A DNA stretch of 41,826 nt from a virus, in IMG/VR virus record IMGVR_UViG_3300029743_000011. The stretch is one strand, 5' to 3'. The notes below the pieces were generated by a model. The model did no database searches. It saw only the letters and a program-made list of their open reading frames with translations, and was not told the DNA's origin. The position numbers and the translations under genes were made by a program. Of this stretch, positions 40,987-41,826 are shown piece after piece; within the stretch, counting starts at the first letter, position 1; each line of letters opens with the position of its first letter.

Positions 40987-41675
40987 TGAAAGCATCCGAG
41001 CTTGTGCGCAGGCACATTGACGTTGCGAAGAATTACAAGACCGTCTACATGTGGGGCTGCTTCGGCTCCCCCGTAGGCGAGACGATCATTGACGAGAAAT
41101 CCGCCCAGTACCCGGACTGGTACACCGGCGGCAGAGTCACGTATCTGCGCAATCTTATCGGCAAGGGCTATTTTGGCTTTGACTGTGTGAACCTCACGAA
41201 GGGCATTCTCTGGGGCTGGAACGGCAATAAAAACGCCTACTACGGCGGTGCAAGATACGCTTCGAACAGCGTGCCGGACGTTTCCGCCGACGGCATGATC
41301 GCAAAGTGTAAGGACGTGTCCGCCACCGGCTGGGACAAGCTCATTCCCGGCGAAGGCCTCTGGATGCCCGGCCACTGGGGTATGTACATCGGTGACGGTC
41401 TGGCGGTCGAATGCACCCCGATCTGGGACAACGGCGCACAGATCACCGCCGTCCAGAACATCGGCACGAAAGCAGGCTACCACGCCCGCAATTGGCAGAA
41501 GCACGGAAAGCTCCCGTGGGTCGAGTACGACACCGTGAAGGTCGACGAGGCCGTCGAGGAGGCGAAGAAGACCATCAAGCAGAAGGCCGGTCTTACAGAC
41601 AGCACGATCGATTACCTCGCCGGATACAAGTACGGTGACGATCTTCTCAAAAAACTCGCAGCTGCGATGAAGTAA
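40983..41675 (+). CDS. Endolysin, NlpC/P60-like cysteine peptidase type
   Basis: FGFDCVNLTKGILWGW (Cys) and GHWGMYIGDGLAVE (His). Lies directly after the holin. Confidence 0.65.
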   Translation: MMKASELVRRHIDVAKNYKTVYMWGCFGSPVGETIIDEKSAQYPDWYTGGRVTYLRNLIGKGYFGFDCVNLTKGILWGWNGNKNAYYGGARYASNSVPDVSADGMIAKCKDVSATGWDKLIPGEGLWMPGHWGMYIGDGLAVECTPIWDNGAQITAVQNIGTKAGYHARNWQKHGKLPWVEYDTVKVDEAVEEAKKTIKQKAGLTDSTIDYLAGYKYGDDLLKKLAAAMK

Positions 41676-41687
41676 GGTGGTGTTATT

Positions 41688-41826
41688 ATGGCACCGCAGG
41701 CGCGGGCAAAACTCCCGCCGGAGCTTGGCTGTTTGACGAGGAAAGACATGGAAACCGTCATCTATCAGGCAAATCTCGGAAGGGAGAACGCAAAAATCGC
41801 GCAACTGTATTTTGTGGATAAGTTAC
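41688..41826 (+). CDS. Sigma-70 region-4-like HTH protein, N-terminal part (gene crosses the circular junction and continues at base 100)
   Basis: ATG 41688 lies 7 nt after AGGTGG (41675-41680). The frame continues into ORF 6..209. Joined product is about 82 aa: MAPQARAKLPPELGCLTRKDMETVIYQ... Confidence 0.7.
   Translation, partial: MAPQARAKLPPELGCLTRKDMETVIYQANLGRENAKIAQLYFVDKL
41728..41826. repeat. Terminal direct repeat, copy 2
   Basis: Identical to bases 1-99. The reading frame of the junction gene is preserved across the repeat. Confidence 0.9.

Larger units (their letters stand above)
1..41826. mobile_element. Complete temperate phage genome (siphovirus-type), circular assembly, attP (excised) configuration
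   Basis: Integrase, switch, recombination/replication, terminase, portal, capsid, tail and lysis modules are all present. An exact 99-nt terminal duplication closes the circle. attP sits next to the integrase rather than attL/attR with host flanks. Confidence 0.85.

Noticed and set aside
1-41826. Diversity-generating retroelement, retron or CRISPR-Cas components
   Set aside because: There is no reverse transcriptase-like ORF, no template/variable repeat pair in the fibre genes and no repeat-spacer array on either strand.

Overview
The window is one complete temperate phage genome with siphovirus-type morphogenesis genes, assembled as a circle. Bases 1-99 recur exactly at 41728-41826, so the unit length is about 41,727 bp. 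One small sigma-70 region-4-like gene runs across that junction. The genome is in the excised attP form: a 3' fragment of a tRNA-Ser(GCU) gene (4680-4744, minus strand) lies just downstream of a tyrosine integrase and is flanked by TGTAGCATAC arm-type repeats.

Gene order:
- Insulated nine-gene accessory operon (263-4680), then attP and the integrase.
- Leftward lysogeny block: membrane-anchored XRE protein, Cys-motif membrane protein, XRE HTH, membrane-anchored Mrr-type nuclease.
- Divergent switch (8949-9142) with a consensus promoter and two operator-like repeat families.
- Rightward early genes: Cro-like, Xis-like, Rad52/Sak-like SSAP, YqaJ exonuclease, NinB, HNH, SSB, replisome organizer with phased iteron-like repeats, radical SAM enzyme, Zn-ribbon paralogs, divergent ThyX-like protein, RuvC-like resolvase and RinA-like activator.
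- TerS/TerL, portal, MuF-like protein, scaffold and capsid.
- Connectors, major tail protein, G/GT chaperone with a -1 frameshift, tape measure, then baseplate and fibre genes.
- Holins and an NlpC/P60-like endolysin.

Best candidates for something undescribed:
1. The promoter- and terminator-insulated nine-gene operon next to attP, whose products I cannot assign to any phage function.
2. The membrane-tethered Mrr-type nuclease plus HTH operon at the switch.
3. A radical SAM enzyme translationally linked to a Cys-rich small protein, near a divergent ThyX-like gene and other nucleotide-metabolism-like genes.
4. A 35-nt element repeated at two module boundaries, each copy followed by a strong hairpin.

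All family assignments come from motif recognition by eye. No database search was run. The host is probably a mid/high-GC Firmicute of Clostridia type; that is inference only.
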